A DNA stretch of 64,000 nucleotides, taken from the IMG/VR virus record IMGVR_UViG_3300008111_000022, one strand, 5' to 3'. This stretch comes from an uncultured virus (IMG/VR IMGVR_UViG_3300008111_000022) (Duplodnaviria; Heunggongvirae; Uroviricota; Caudoviricetes). Numbering within the stretch: the first letter of the stretch is position 1; every line of letters starts with the position of its first letter. Shown piece by piece: positions 22,501 through 32,308 of the stretch. The notes under the pieces were generated by a model. That model saw only the letters and a program-made list of their open reading frames with translations, was not told where the DNA came from and searched no databases. Both the position numbers and the translations under genes were made by a program.

Positions 22501-25500
22501 TCATCTCCAGGAGCAAAGGGTGCAGTCACAAATCCATCGGTTGGTTGTGAAATATAAACATCAAAAATTACCGAAGAATAATATTCAATCTTTTGAATAC
22601 TGAATCCATTTGTGTTATTTGTTGCTGCTAATTTTATTTCTGTATCTACAAGACCTTTTGGTTTTTGAATAATAGCAACTGAAGATACTGAACTACCAGA
22701 TAATCTAGCTTCTAAAATTCCTGTATCTAATTTTTGACCCGTTAGAACATCAACTATTACTATACTTGGTGCATTAGTATAATTTGAACCACCTTTTAGA
22801 ACAGAAATATCTTTAATTGTATTTGCATCTTTAATGAATATTTGTGGTGAAATATACGCAGATGGTTTTAACGTAATATCAGATTGATATGAAAAACCTT
22901 CATTAATTATATTAACTTCCTTTATGTCACCAATTGTTTTTGAATCTAAAATAATATTTGCATCAATACCATCATCTGTTACAATTTCATTTAAAACTGG
23001 AACTGTATTATAATCTGATTTTGATGATGTTATCTCAATCTGATGAATTGGTCCCTTAGTAGTCTTAGATGAAGTGACATATTCTAAACTTTGACACTCT
23101 GTACTAGCATAAGATAGTCTCTCCGGTAATCTCTTTAAGAAAATATTGAAGGTTGTGGATGCTACCCCTACCACAGTATATGTGTCACTTTCTATGAATA
23201 GACTATCTTCATAAGAAATTGATGAATTTTGCTTAACATCAAAGTCTGAATTTATAACTTTACCATCTTTTTCTAAACCATAATATAATCTTTGTGGAAT
23301 CTGATCATCAAAAATAATTTTTAAAGATGCATTTGTACTAATTCCAGGATTTCCTACCCTGTAACTATTAAACGAACTAGTAGAAGCTGTTGAAACAAAT
23401 TCATGTATAAATGATTTGTCAAAATAAACTTTAAAATCATAACCAGAGAGAGAAGGATCTAATAGATCAAAATTGATAGAATTATTTTTAGTTACTTTTA
23501 TTTCTGGGTTAATCAATCCAACTGATTGACCCTCCATACCACTAAACCCAATACTGACAGTATTTGGTGGATCAACGGTGCAATCTTTGTAGGTTAATGC
23601 CAGTTGAATATTATCTTTATCAACTCTAACAATATAATATTCACCATCATCTAATGGTTGTAATAAATTGTTACTGTTACTTGTATATAATACTTTGTCT
23701 CCAGTTTTAAATCTATGATTTATTAGTCTAATAGTACCTCTTAAAGAAGATGGGTTATATACTCCAGGTTTACCTAGTCCATCTGTATTTGTAAATCTCT
23801 TAAGAAGTTCTCCATCAATTGAGGCATCTACTATTCCACTATTATTAATATCATAAGTTGTGCTGCCAATGCCAACATTAGAAGTTAAAGAGTTTATATA
23901 AGACCTTATTGATGTTGCCGTTCTTCTTGTGGCATTTCCTGGGAATATCACATCTTTAATCAGAGCATCTCCAGTAAATCCAACTCCAATCATTTCTCTA
24001 GTAGCCACTAGAGCATCGTTGTAACTTACTACACCATCACCATCTAAGTCAAATTTTGAGTAATTACTCCAAATAAAATCGTAAACATCTTGCCCACTTC
24101 TATTGCCAGTAGTTCCAAGTCCCACCGTAAATCCTAACCCCACCAATACTCCGATTGATGGTTGTTGAGTGGGTTTTGTATAATAAAAATTTGAAACTGT
24201 TATAGATGTAGAACCAAATCCAACAGGATCTAAAACAAGTTTTTGATAGTCTTCATTAAAAGAAACCCTAACAGATGTAGATTCTCCAGTTCCAATAGGA
24301 CCTGGAGGTACTAATCCAATACCAACATTGAGATTTGGTTTAACATTTAATTTTACAGTATCACCACTAATTAATCCATGAGAACTTGCGACAGAAACTG
24401 TTGTTTTAAATCTTGTTAAAGAACCCGTAATTTGATTAAAAGTACTTTCTAGCAAATAACGATCATCATCATTTCCATTTGTATGGAAGAACAATTCTGG
24501 GGCATCAAAAGATGTTTTTAATCCAATACTATTGATTGTTTTATTAACAATGTAAAAATCTTGATATTGCCCGTTAATCGGTATACTAAATGTGGATGAA
24601 CCGTTTGTTGAAACTGATATTGTACCAGAGGGTGGAGTAAATCTTACCTTTTGATTAGTTATGAATGGATGATTTTCTAAGTAGATTGTCCTTGTTGGAA
24701 TATCTCTAGATACTGTAAAATCAGCAAAATTAAATGATACTGACGTTCCATCTCCAGATCCAGTCCCAACACCGATAGATTCTCTAGGATTAAAATAAAC
24801 TCTGTCATTCAATTTAGAATCAACATTATCTCCTAGATTTTTATCAATAGTAAATGAATTTGGTAGAAGTGAAATTTGTGCTTGGGCACTATGAGCAACT
24901 CCAACAGTATCTCTGTAAACTCGAATTATATTTTTTATTCTGAATAGATTTAAAACTTTTACAACTTCTGTGCCAATTCCAATACTACTTCCTGCTGAAA
25001 TTGTAGATGGTATTTGAGAAACATAAATTTCAGTTGAACCAATTGATACATTTGCAGGTATATTCTTAGTTAAAGTTGTAGTTATAGAAGATACACCAAT
25101 TTGATAAATTCCATCTAATTTTGTAAAAATAGTTGAAAAACCAGTTAATGAAATAAATTCATTATTAAGTAAATCATGTGATGGCAATATAGAAAGTTGC
25201 AACTTTTCTGGATTAATCTGAGTAAGAATTACGTTATTGTAAACATCTTGGTTGCAAACAATATTTGTAACATCTTTACCTTTTAATGAAGATACTTTTG
25301 CTGATAAATCTTCTCCATCATCAGATTTAAATCTTAATATATCATTAATTTTATAATTATCCCCATCATTTACAATCTCATATGAATCTACATTTCCAGT
25401 GGAAACAGATTGTACTTTAACAACCTGATTTTTTAAATCCGAAAAACTTGAAAGAAAATCATTTTCAACGTTTGGATCAATTAGTTTATATGGGTAAGTA

Positions 25501-28500
25501 TTCCTTAAAACTCCAGATGTTGAAAAATCAAATAATTTTTGATTTAAGTATAAATTATCTTCAATCACATTTGATTTAAAAGCATCACCAATATAATATG
25601 GGAATTGAGGTTGGAAGCTAATATTATTGATTGGTGCAAAATAAGCATAAACACCAAGTGGAAATTCTGGTGTTTTGCAGAATCTTCCATTATTTTCATC
25701 AAGATCACCATTTTCCGTATATTTGTAATCCTCAACAAAAAATCCAGACACAAATCCAGAAGGACGATCAGTATAAGTAATGTCTAATTGATATCCAGAT
25801 ACAAGAGATTTTGGAGCAGAATTTACGTTCTGTGGATTGGTGTATCCATATGCACCATAAATTGGATTGCCATCATATGCCCATCCGATAATTTTAGAGT
25901 GATTAGCACCGTTATCACTAAATGCATCTTGCAATTGCTTATTGTATGCAATAGATGCATACTTTAAATCATTTTCTAGGGTTTCAGAAATAAATTCACT
26001 ACCAAACCTAGATACATTATTTAAAGTTAAAGATCTAACTTCAGAATTAAAGAATCCATTTGAACCTGCAGAAACAACAGAAATTTTAGAAGTCGATGAA
26101 TAACCTATACCAGAATTTATAACTTTAACTGACTTTATTCTTCCATTTTCTATAATTGGTAAAAATTCAGCTCCACTTCCCTTACCACTTGGATCTGTAA
26201 CTACAATATCTGGTGTAGAATAATATTCTAATCCACCATATTCAATTTTTACGGTATTAATTCTTCCTTCACTAATATTTGGAGTAACTTTTGCATCTTT
26301 ACCATTCTTAATTGTTATGATTGGTTTTTTCTCAAAATTTAATATTGTAGATCCATATCCAGTTCCAGATTCATATAGATATGCATCTATAATTTTTCCT
26401 CTAACTGATGGTGTTATATTTAAAACTTTTGTTGGTTGAACTGTAGATGCAATGCCTACAGAAGTGAACTCAACCGAAACCAAAATTGAGGGATAACTAA
26501 AATATTGATAACCAGAACCTTTTGATTTAAATTTAACATAATTTTTTCTTTCATAATTGGTTGCAACTGTTCCATTTATTCCAGCATCACAAATCCTAAA
26601 TGAATTGTCATCTATTTTTAGAATATAAAACTGATTAGAAGTATCTGTTGAGACTCCAACTATTGGACTTGTCTGATAATTATATACTACCAAATCACCA
26701 TCATTAAATCCATGATTTGTGAAATTAACAGTATTACTTGATGTGGATATCCCCGATGGTTTTACAATCAACTTTCTATTAGTATAACCTTCTCCACCAT
26801 CAATTATTTTAATTTCTGTTAAGGTTTTTTTATTTGATTTTGTATAAAACTTATGAACACCAAAATTATTATCAGTGTTAAACTTTATAGTATTAATACC
26901 AGTAGAGTAATCCTTTAGACTTGGATATAGTAATACTGTTCTTGGACTTGTGCTTTTTGGATAATATGAAGAACTATCAATCAGAGTTGAAGTTCCTATT
27001 CCAACACCAATTCCTTTATTACCATTTGCATTATAGAAGATTTCTTCACCATCTGCAAAGAAATGGTCTGTATCAAACGTTAGTTGCCCTGTAGTGGTGT
27101 TTATACCACCACCTGTAGTAGTTGCTCTACCATCAAAAAGAACTTCTCTAAGTCTTAGATTCAAGATAGGTTCTAAAACTGCCCCACGACCATTACCACC
27201 ATTTACCCCAATAGAAACAATCCTATCAATGTCAAAATCTTGTGGATCAACGTATACTTTTTTAATTAAACCACTGATTACGGGTTGAATGAGTGCAGTA
27301 GTTCCAATACCAGCAGAGACAGAAATTTTTGGTAAATTGATAACATCATAATCTCTTCCACTGTTAATCACAGAAATTGACTTTAATGGTCCATAATAAA
27401 TCTTATCCTGAGATTTATAACTATCAATTTCAACACCATTAACTAGCATTCCAACTGGACCTGGTAAAATTACTTTACTCTTATCATCAGTAACATTTGG
27501 ATTAAAGTTAAGTGGGAACTTTTTCAGTAATTTTTGTGGTCCAATTACTCCAGATTTTTGCGATGCAAGTGTAAAAGTATGTGTTCCTATTCCAGAATTA
27601 TATGGAGATCTAAAAAGAACATAATTTGAACTTCCAATAAAAGATGAAGATGCATATAATCTTATTTTCTTTGCATCTGGAGACACCATTTCTACAAAAT
27701 AAAATCCAGTATCTAATCCAACAAGAGTATCTGTGTTTGGTTTATAAAAAATTCTATCTCCAGTAATGAAAGTAATTGGATTTTCAAATGCTATTACACT
27801 ATAATTAATATCAATTAAAGTTTCTAAAGCACCACTAGTATTATTAATTGTATAACTATCTAACTTTTTAGTTATCTGATAATTATATGGAATACTAAAT
27901 CCTCTATTACTAGATGGTAAAGAATTTGATGCAACGTATCCATAGTTTGTATCTGTATATAAGTTACTAATGTCAGATATTAAAGTATCGTTACCAAATT
28001 TTATAGGAGCATAAACACTACTTGCTTTATTAAGTTTTCTTCTTAAATCATATAATACACCAGATACGGGTGTAAAGTTTCCTAAAATCTTAATAGAAGT
28101 TGTATTTTCACCAATTTTCTCGTCAATATAAGAAGTAAATACGACGTTGTTTGTACCTCTTTGAACAATTTCTACTTGATCACCATGTTTAAAACTAGTT
28201 TGATCATCTTTTAAAATTGGTGACTTTAAATTTAATGATTTTGGACCATTGAAATTATCAATATGAAATCTTGAGTTTGCATTATATAACCAAGAATTTA
28301 CAAAAACTTCTTTGAACGATTTATTAGAAAATCTAGTTTTTATAATTGGGTTGCCTAGACTTTTAATATTAATAGAATCTCCTTCTGCAACACCATTAAG
28401 ATATTCCGAAATTTGTTCAAATTTTGCTAAAGACCCTAAAATGCTAAAAGTAACCTTCTTTGTTAGATCCCCATTTTCATACCCAAAATATATTTGATCA

Positions 28501-29630
28501 TTACGAATATCTGCGGCAAATGGAATAGCAGTTTCTATACCAGAACAACCGAAAAATTGATTAATTGATTTATTTGTATATGTTATATTAGTATTTTCAC
28601 CCGAAACAAGAACTCCAGATTCTTCAAAACCAATTGTAGAATCTACTGAAATTATTGAAGACCCAATAGATACTGCTTCTGTACATTTTGAGTTAGGTGT
28701 AACTTTAAAAGTACCTTGAACTGCAGATGGTATATCGTAACCAACAAATAAAGATAATTTATAATATGTTTTAAAATTTCTTGTTAAAATTTCAACATTA
28801 GATACTGATGCAGTTGTTGCAGGATCATTATTTTTTTGAATTTGTTGACCAACTAGGTTATTTGGTTCTCCAGAAATTTTTTCAATTAAAACAACTTCTC
28901 TTCTGAGATATTCTGCTGTTGATGGTTTAAGTAGAAAATTTTCTAAGTTAACAATAGATGCGTTAACACCATATAAAACTTTGAATAAAATTTTAAACGA
29001 TTCTGAAGTTCCTTTAGATTGATAAAATGCCCTAATAGACTTAATAAAGTTTCCTGGATTGAGATTTTCATCAAAATCAATTTCTTCAAATCCTGGTGCA
29101 AAAGTATACTTTAATTTTTTAAATAATTCTTTTAAGAATAAAGCACTTAAGTTGGTAATTTTTGCAGATGCTTTATGAGATGAAGCCTCAGAATTTTGGA
29201 ATATTAATTCTTCTTGATTTATTTCTTGATGGTAGTTAGTAATACCACTAAAACCACGTTGACAATTTAAGAAAGAGTTTGTGGTTATTCCAGTATAAGT
29301 AATGATTTCATCATCAATCTTTAGTAAACCGTATTTTTCAGGAAATCCTTCTGTAGTGTTTACATTAATTGTAATTTTATTTTCAGTTCCAATATCAGAA
29401 GTCAAGTATATACTTCTATTTGAAATTGATGATGATAAAATATTGCTAACTTTTGAATATTGATCTAAATTTTCGGCAATATCAACTGGACCACCCTGAT
29501 ATTCCTGTGAAATGTAATACTGTTTTAAAAATTCTCCCACTTTTGGATTTTCATCCAAAACGAAACTTGGAAGTTGACTTTCAATAATTTGATGAATTTT
29601 AACCCTTGAATCAAATCCCGTCTGTATCAT
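16572..29630 (-). CDS. gp7: Baseplate wedge initiator gp7, giant form (4352 aa)
   Basis: Lies between gp6 and gp8; FLKQYYISQE, FYQSKGTSESFKILFKVLYG, IIGWAYDGNPIYG, DNDYYQNLSYTIKS motifs; many GIGT/GIST repeats. Confidence 0.85.
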   Translation of the reverse strand: MIQTGFDSRVKIHQIIESQLPSFVLDENPKVGEFLKQYYISQEYQGGPVDIAENLDQYSKVSNILSSSISNRSIYLTSDIGTENKITINVNTTEGFPEKYGLLKIDDEIITYTGITTNSFLNCQRGFSGITNYHQEINQEELIFQNSEASSHKASAKITNLSALFLKELFKKLKYTFAPGFEEIDFDENLNPGNFIKSIRAFYQSKGTSESFKILFKVLYGVNASIVNLENFLLKPSTAEYLRREVVLIEKISGEPNNLVGQQIQKNNDPATTASVSNVEILTRNFKTYYKLSLFVGYDIPSAVQGTFKVTPNSKCTEAVSIGSSIISVDSTIGFEESGVLVSGENTNITYTNKSINQFFGCSGIETAIPFAADIRNDQIYFGYENGDLTKKVTFSILGSLAKFEQISEYLNGVAEGDSINIKSLGNPIIKTRFSNKSFKEVFVNSWLYNANSRFHIDNFNGPKSLNLKSPILKDDQTSFKHGDQVEIVQRGTNNVVFTSYIDEKIGENTTSIKILGNFTPVSGVLYDLRRKLNKASSVYAPIKFGNDTLISDISNLYTDTNYGYVASNSLPSSNRGFSIPYNYQITKKLDSYTINNTSGALETLIDINYSVIAFENPITFITGDRIFYKPNTDTLVGLDTGFYFVEMVSPDAKKIRLYASSSFIGSSNYVLFRSPYNSGIGTHTFTLASQKSGVIGPQKLLKKFPLNFNPNVTDDKSKVILPGPVGMLVNGVEIDSYKSQDKIYYGPLKSISVINSGRDYDVINLPKISVSAGIGTTALIQPVISGLIKKVYVDPQDFDIDRIVSIGVNGGNGRGAVLEPILNLRLREVLFDGRATTTGGGINTTTGQLTFDTDHFFADGEEIFYNANGNKGIGVGIGTSTLIDSSSYYPKSTSPRTVLLYPSLKDYSTGINTIKFNTDNNFGVHKFYTKSNKKTLTEIKIIDGGEGYTNRKLIVKPSGISTSSNTVNFTNHGFNDGDLVVYNYQTSPIVGVSTDTSNQFYILKIDDNSFRICDAGINGTVATNYERKNYVKFKSKGSGYQYFSYPSILVSVEFTSVGIASTVQPTKVLNITPSVRGKIIDAYLYESGTGYGSTILNFEKKPIITIKNGKDAKVTPNISEGRINTVKIEYGGLEYYSTPDIVVTDPSGKGSGAEFLPIIENGRIKSVKVINSGIGYSSTSKISVVSAGSNGFFNSEVRSLTLNNVSRFGSEFISETLENDLKYASIAYNKQLQDAFSDNGANHSKIIGWAYDGNPIYGAYGYTNPQNVNSAPKSLVSGYQLDITYTDRPSGFVSGFFVEDYKYTENGDLDENNGRFCKTPEFPLGVYAYFAPINNISFQPQFPYYIGDAFKSNVIEDNLYLNQKLFDFSTSGVLRNTYPYKLIDPNVENDFLSSFSDLKNQVVKVQSVSTGNVDSYEIVNDGDNYKINDILRFKSDDGEDLSAKVSSLKGKDVTNIVCNQDVYNNVILTQINPEKLQLSILPSHDLLNNEFISLTGFSTIFTKLDGIYQIGVSSITTTLTKNIPANVSIGSTEIYVSQIPSTISAGSSIGIGTEVVKVLNLFRIKNIIRVYRDTVGVAHSAQAQISLLPNSFTIDKNLGDNVDSKLNDRVYFNPRESIGVGTGSGDGTSVSFNFADFTVSRDIPTRTIYLENHPFITNQKVRFTPPSGTISVSTNGSSTFSIPINGQYQDFYIVNKTINSIGLKTSFDAPELFFHTNGNDDDRYLLESTFNQITGSLTRFKTTVSVASSHGLISGDTVKLNVKPNLNVGIGLVPPGPIGTGESTSVRVSFNEDYQKLVLDPVGFGSTSITVSNFYYTKPTQQPSIGVLVGLGFTVGLGTTGNRSGQDVYDFIWSNYSKFDLDGDGVVSYNDALVATREMIGVGFTGDALIKDVIFPGNATRRTATSIRSYINSLTSNVGIGSTTYDINNSGIVDASIDGELLKRFTNTDGLGKPGVYNPSSLRGTIRLINHRFKTGDKVLYTSNSNNLLQPLDDGEYYIVRVDKDNIQLALTYKDCTVDPPNTVSIGFSGMEGQSVGLINPEIKVTKNNSINFDLLDPSLSGYDFKVYFDKSFIHEFVSTASTSSFNSYRVGNPGISTNASLKIIFDDQIPQRLYYGLEKDGKVINSDFDVKQNSSISYEDSLFIESDTYTVVGVASTTFNIFLKRLPERLSYASTECQSLEYVTSSKTTKGPIHQIEITSSKSDYNTVPVLNEIVTDDGIDANIILDSKTIGDIKEVNIINEGFSYQSDITLKPSAYISPQIFIKDANTIKDISVLKGGSNYTNAPSIVIVDVLTGQKLDTGILEARLSGSSVSSVAIIQKPKGLVDTEIKLAATNNTNGFSIQKIEYYSSVIFDVYISQPTDGFVTAPFAPGDEVFIEGIQKNTSLSGNGFNSENYGYKFFKVIDFNTTGLLARIRVDASALTDDVGTPKTIQDFVPVIVNRKIYPEFELTKEKLGFALNEKVFSNGIERDLKVTSFNNSYIKVFGSYELNVGEKITGKQSGTIVTISEIRENFGQFEIDYATKTNTGWANNIGKLNNDIQVVPDNDYYQNLSYTIKSPITYDQSKTVVNNFLHTIGTKNFNDTGITSSRNFTFTSEDSTIAIKDIITEQRTETVYGFDLVKDIGSFNGYSKFIKFDSKLLTPFISNKTNRVLKIDNINKQFSNLDSNLNQYLDIINLSTSNIQYLDALVKISTSDGSKVQLTDLVVVNNGSDAFLLEKGTIVTAGIGSTEYAGEKIGEFSLETKNTEVNLRFAPVDFANTDYDIKFIQKSFQTNAIGVASTSIGFITKFNSIKSTSGLSTTVGLTTNILSVDASVFKSLHASVHITDTVSNKMQYSELYVTHDNSDTFISEFYFDDFGADENGYTAGFIGSFAANLSSNVLSLDFENLTSQNNVSVKANIVGFGTTTIGISTYRFKTSGTPNGSERSAIYDSYATSGLTTNPLVVSSYNYTLFNSSKSLVEVSIGSTKAVHQVLTIHDGSSVYVKQLPFLSVSGISTNDTRLGLGTFGGNISGGNVILTFYPDNNLSGTVKLSSFNKLLYTITDAINIAPPLNYKDSNGLTFTRDSVIVKFYNSFNGGRINKTDFVMFSDELPIFAREFDTSDPDDLDLTTGTFKSSKHFFSEDEELIYTPKSTIIGIGTVALTYKSGIATGILPSTVYVVNKTEDSFQISTTKTGTAVTFTSAGEGNAHVLEMKKKNEKCVITIDDVIQYPIFPKQIYYQLNNTIGAGQSSFQVTGISTIVPKDIIKVDNEYMGVISVGFGTTSTGPVNGIGTYPLVTVTRGYLGTASTSHSAGAQVSVNVGAFNIVQNILYFADPPKGNVQEEKDQSNLDSIKSDFTGRVFLRNDYTTNIIYDDISTKFNGIGRTFTLTVGSANTVGLGTSGGNGLLLINGIFQTPTTSNNPKNNFALRENAGITSVVFSGIRPGGGAEVDIVSEYDINQNDRPRGGLIVSIGSTLGIGYAPLVGAIVKPIVSAAGTITSVVGTSYTGTAVSVSTASYNNFSGIIEITTTQPHRLSESDLVRLVGLGFTCPSNAGVTSFFPRDTVSRLETFFPIVSVASSTTFTAKVGTSTLPHTYIGFGTVFPWYNLNIGSGYRGPVSVAITQSGHSGTIASITANVGAGGTLSFTVNTGGSGYSTITPCEVFLPDPSYANLPVQGVSRIGIGSTTQTGVGLVLSLDVDSNPYYAGGRFYDAANLISRNLQFIADIAVGRMLANYPGFTVPGGNKECTDDIKAVLETVLYNLRFGGNDQVWEAANIYKTNQTLLAGEEQQSIFAFNQARDIAIQVMRNEVVDTGGYTTEVQVIDNTIIGDVSQLPGVYTFSGECANVASAIGSYVGIVTGTIANVISYGATATVPATKTVAPGSLFSIKNFTITRPGYSFKRGDVIRPVGLVTDARLSEPLSNFELTVLDTFTDSFALWQFGNLDYIDSIAAYQDGFRLAFPLYYNGQLLSFEKDKNYDLDMKNLLVIFVNGILQEPGKSYDFNGGTTFVFTSAPKPEDNIAIFFYRGTIGSDSVLNSDIPQTIKIGDTVQIIKNNAYPNTITQNERLVQNIEFADRIETDLYSGSGIDEINSKPINWTKQKRDRIVFGQTVYKTRDSIEGQVYPTAKVISGITTSSTEIFVDNATFFNYNNQIAAKSFDLLIVGSSSTVGLSTTGPRLIETLKSVTTVNGFCGVITGIGTTTGIGTSKALKFFVNNLDSDTFVTAGLSTGYPIYIYDTRIGNGITATNSSNTNVVGIGTSYLDCVYHVSAWSGVVGDDNAGIITCNVHSNANIAGLSTSGTELRPVGKFSWGRLSGFTRGTNPVSIAVTTNTVDVGLTTYPTVQRRSIGLKLVYDTGALPKQLT

Positions 29631-29631
29631 A

Positions 29632-31563
29632 TTACTTTCTTATAAGATTTCCGTTAAGGTAACTAGATGTATAATAATTTTTAGTAAATTCTGATCCAGA
29701 TACTTCTTCACCAGAAGATATTACATCCTTTATCATATTTATTTCACTTTTTGAAATACTGAAATTTAAATATAATTCTTTTAATCCAACCACATCATTT
29801 GATTCTGGTATTGCCTGAACTTCGATAATGTTATTTTCTTTTACCGTAGAAGTAATGTTTATATTATTAATGAGGATTTCTCCCTTTTCATAATCAATTG
29901 TTCCAGCAGATTTTAAAACAACTCTCGTCTCTGTCTCACTGATGGGTTTAACTATTGATAAAAATCCTGTTTTTCCATCATCACTTGGAATATCTGTAAA
30001 GTACACAGTATCAGATTCACCAAATATTGTAAAACCAGTTGATTTAATATTATATCCTTTCTTGCTGATATGAAACTTATTACCAAAGCAAAGTTCATAT
30101 TGTGCATATTGATTTATATAAGCTGGTAAATCTCTTCTAATTCTAACTTTTGTGATATTTGAGGTGATTGAAAAATCAGTATTGTCTATAATTTGTAAAA
30201 CTTTACTATACTTGAATCTCCCACCAAATTTATTAAGATCTAAAGAGTTTGCATATTTGTTCAGAGAATTTACAACTTTATTCTTTAAAAATTCTGCAGA
30301 AGAAATTTTTGAATAATCATAGTAAATACCAGCATCAATTTCAACATATAGAACTTTAAGGTCAACTATTTTTTGATTAATTCCAGAAACACTATATTTT
30401 CTTAAATTGTCTAATATATTTTTCTTATTAAAATCTGAAACAAATGTTCCATTTTTAGGCTTAATGCTAATCATCACCGTGCCATATTCTGGTGGATCTA
30501 ATTCTTCACCACCAACAATACTGACAGATTCTGTATCTGGATAAACTCTTTTGATTATTGATTCATAATCACTTGCGGTAACTGCTCTATTTTGTGATGC
30601 ATAAATTCTTGGTGCAAAATATTTAATAGAATCAATTCTTTCAATGTCAGATCCATTTTGGGATACTTGATTTGTCGTCACCGTAACGGGTGAATCTAGA
30701 ACTAAAACATCATTATTATCATCTTCTAAAGAACCAGAAAATAAGAATCTTCCTACACCATTTCCCTTCTTACCTTCAGTGACAATATAATTTGCTGTTA
30801 TAATATCTCCGTCTTGATTTGTACCATTTCCTAACTTTCTACCAATTAATCCATCACCAAAGAATATTTCATATTTTTCATCTTGAACTTCTTGAATCAA
30901 AAAGATTCTCGATGTTTCATCTAAATTTAAAATATTTTCTACTTGATTATATTTAAATCCTAGTTCTTCTGCATTCGATGCTTTTTTTACATAAACTCTA
31001 ACTGTAGAAGTATCAATAAATGGGTTATCTAAAATAAATCTTTGGTCTAAGGACCCGTCATACTTAAATTTACTTGTTAAAAATGTTCCTTGATATACTG
31101 TTATATTATTGAAACTTGCTATACCAGCAGAACTTACATTTACTGTGATATTTTCTGGTATTGAAAATACATGAGAAGTATTTTGTATATCACCTGTACA
31201 AACTAATCCTGCTTTTAATGTTAAAGTCTTAGTAGTTTGCTTACCATTACCATCTAATAACCCAGTTATGCTAAAAGATATTTGTGCTTTAGATGCTGTT
31301 GTTGAGTGAGGTATATATCCAACATTTCTTGCTAGTGAGACTACATTCTCTCTAAGAGTTGCAGAGTCTAAGAAAGACTCATTAACAACCATGTTTGTAT
31401 TGAATGCTGTAATATATGTGTTATATGCTAAAGTATCAATCAGCACAGAAAAATTAGATCCTTCAAAGTCAAAATCCGTGAAGTCTGAATTTTCACGAAT
31501 ATAATCTTTTATAGAATCTCTGATTTGATCGAAATCTAAATTAGTAAATTTAGTAAAAGGCAT
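29632..31563 (-). CDS. gp6: Baseplate wedge subunit gp6
   Basis: LDFDQIR, DFDFEGSNFSVLIDTLAYNT, ESFLDSATLRENVVSLAR, QNRAVTASDY. Confidence 0.93.
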   Translation of the reverse strand: MPFTKFTNLDFDQIRDSIKDYIRENSDFTDFDFEGSNFSVLIDTLAYNTYITAFNTNMVVNESFLDSATLRENVVSLARNVGYIPHSTTASKAQISFSITGLLDGNGKQTTKTLTLKAGLVCTGDIQNTSHVFSIPENITVNVSSAGIASFNNITVYQGTFLTSKFKYDGSLDQRFILDNPFIDTSTVRVYVKKASNAEELGFKYNQVENILNLDETSRIFLIQEVQDEKYEIFFGDGLIGRKLGNGTNQDGDIITANYIVTEGKKGNGVGRFLFSGSLEDDNNDVLVLDSPVTVTTNQVSQNGSDIERIDSIKYFAPRIYASQNRAVTASDYESIIKRVYPDTESVSIVGGEELDPPEYGTVMISIKPKNGTFVSDFNKKNILDNLRKYSVSGINQKIVDLKVLYVEIDAGIYYDYSKISSAEFLKNKVVNSLNKYANSLDLNKFGGRFKYSKVLQIIDNTDFSITSNITKVRIRRDLPAYINQYAQYELCFGNKFHISKKGYNIKSTGFTIFGESDTVYFTDIPSDDGKTGFLSIVKPISETETRVVLKSAGTIDYEKGEILINNINITSTVKENNIIEVQAIPESNDVVGLKELYLNFSISKSEINMIKDVISSGEEVSGSEFTKNYYTSSYLNGNLIRK

Positions 31564-31564
31564 T

Positions 31565-31966
31565 TTATCTTGTTGCCTCTAATAGGAACGAATATTCTTG
31601 AGTGGGAAACTCTTGACCAATAATATTAAACACAATATTCACATAAAAAGCATTTTCATCTGGATTTGGTTCAACTTCAACTTGAATAACTTCAACTCTA
31701 GGTTCATAATTTGCAATCGCAGTTTCAATTTCAGTTTGTATGACAGAAGCAGTACCAAAATCTACAAAATCAAATAGACTGTCTCTGACTCGGGAACCAA
31801 ATGTTGAATTAAAGAACTTTTCTGTTGGTATCGTTTCGACAATATTTCTCACAGATCTACGAATCGCATTTTCATTCTTTAAAACTTGAAGATCTTTTGT
31901 TACTGGATGAGGTTCGAATGATAGGCTAATATCTTTGAAAGATCTAGATATTTTTTGAGATGCCAT
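31565..31966 (-). CDS. gp25: Baseplate wedge subunit gp25
   Basis: FKDISLSF..HPVTKD, AIRRSVRNIV, IANYEPRV. Confidence 0.92.
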   Translation of the reverse strand: MASQKISRSFKDISLSFEPHPVTKDLQVLKNENAIRRSVRNIVETIPTEKFFNSTFGSRVRDSLFDFVDFGTASVIQTEIETAIANYEPRVEVIQVEVEPNPDENAFYVNIVFNIIGQEFPTQEYSFLLEATR

Positions 31967-31988
31967 TGACCAAGAGTTTTCTTTGCTT

Positions 31989-31996
31989 TATTTATA
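31989..31996 (-). promoter_or_regulatory. T4-type late promoter TATAAATA for the gp25-gp6-gp7 operon
   Basis: Exact consensus 22 bp upstream of gp25. Confidence 0.8.
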
Positions 31997-31997
31997 T

Positions 31998-32240
31998 TCA
32001 GTGCCAGGGAGAACCATATGTTGGTTCTGTTCCATACTCCCAATCATCATAATCGTCATCATTTCTTATTTTTTCATGTAATTCTACTTGTTTCTTCAAA
32101 TCGTGCTTTGGTGCCAAATCGTGCATAACCTCTTGAATAATTCTTTTCGGTTGTGCAGATTCATAATCTGTAATTAGTTTAGATGTACCCCACATTTCTC
32201 TCATGTAATTGGGGTCTCGATCAACGGGTAAATTCGACAT
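31998..32240 (-). CDS. Conserved cyanophage hypothetical protein
   Basis: 80-aa ORF with an AGGAG RBS 5 nt upstream. Confidence 0.7.
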   Translation of the reverse strand: MSNLPVDRDPNYMREMWGTSKLITDYESAQPKRIIQEVMHDLAPKHDLKKQVELHEKIRNDDDYDDWEYGTEPTYGSPWH

Positions 32241-32308
32241 AGTAGCTCCTGTTTTAACTGAATAAAACAGAACTTTTATAAAGGAGGTTGCTATCTCCCT
32301 ACCTCTAT

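Noticed and set aside
16572..29630. GIGT/GIST motifs as a novel repeat system
   Set aside because: They are protein-level low-complexity motifs common in cyanophage baseplate and fibre proteins, with no DNA-level periodicity seen.
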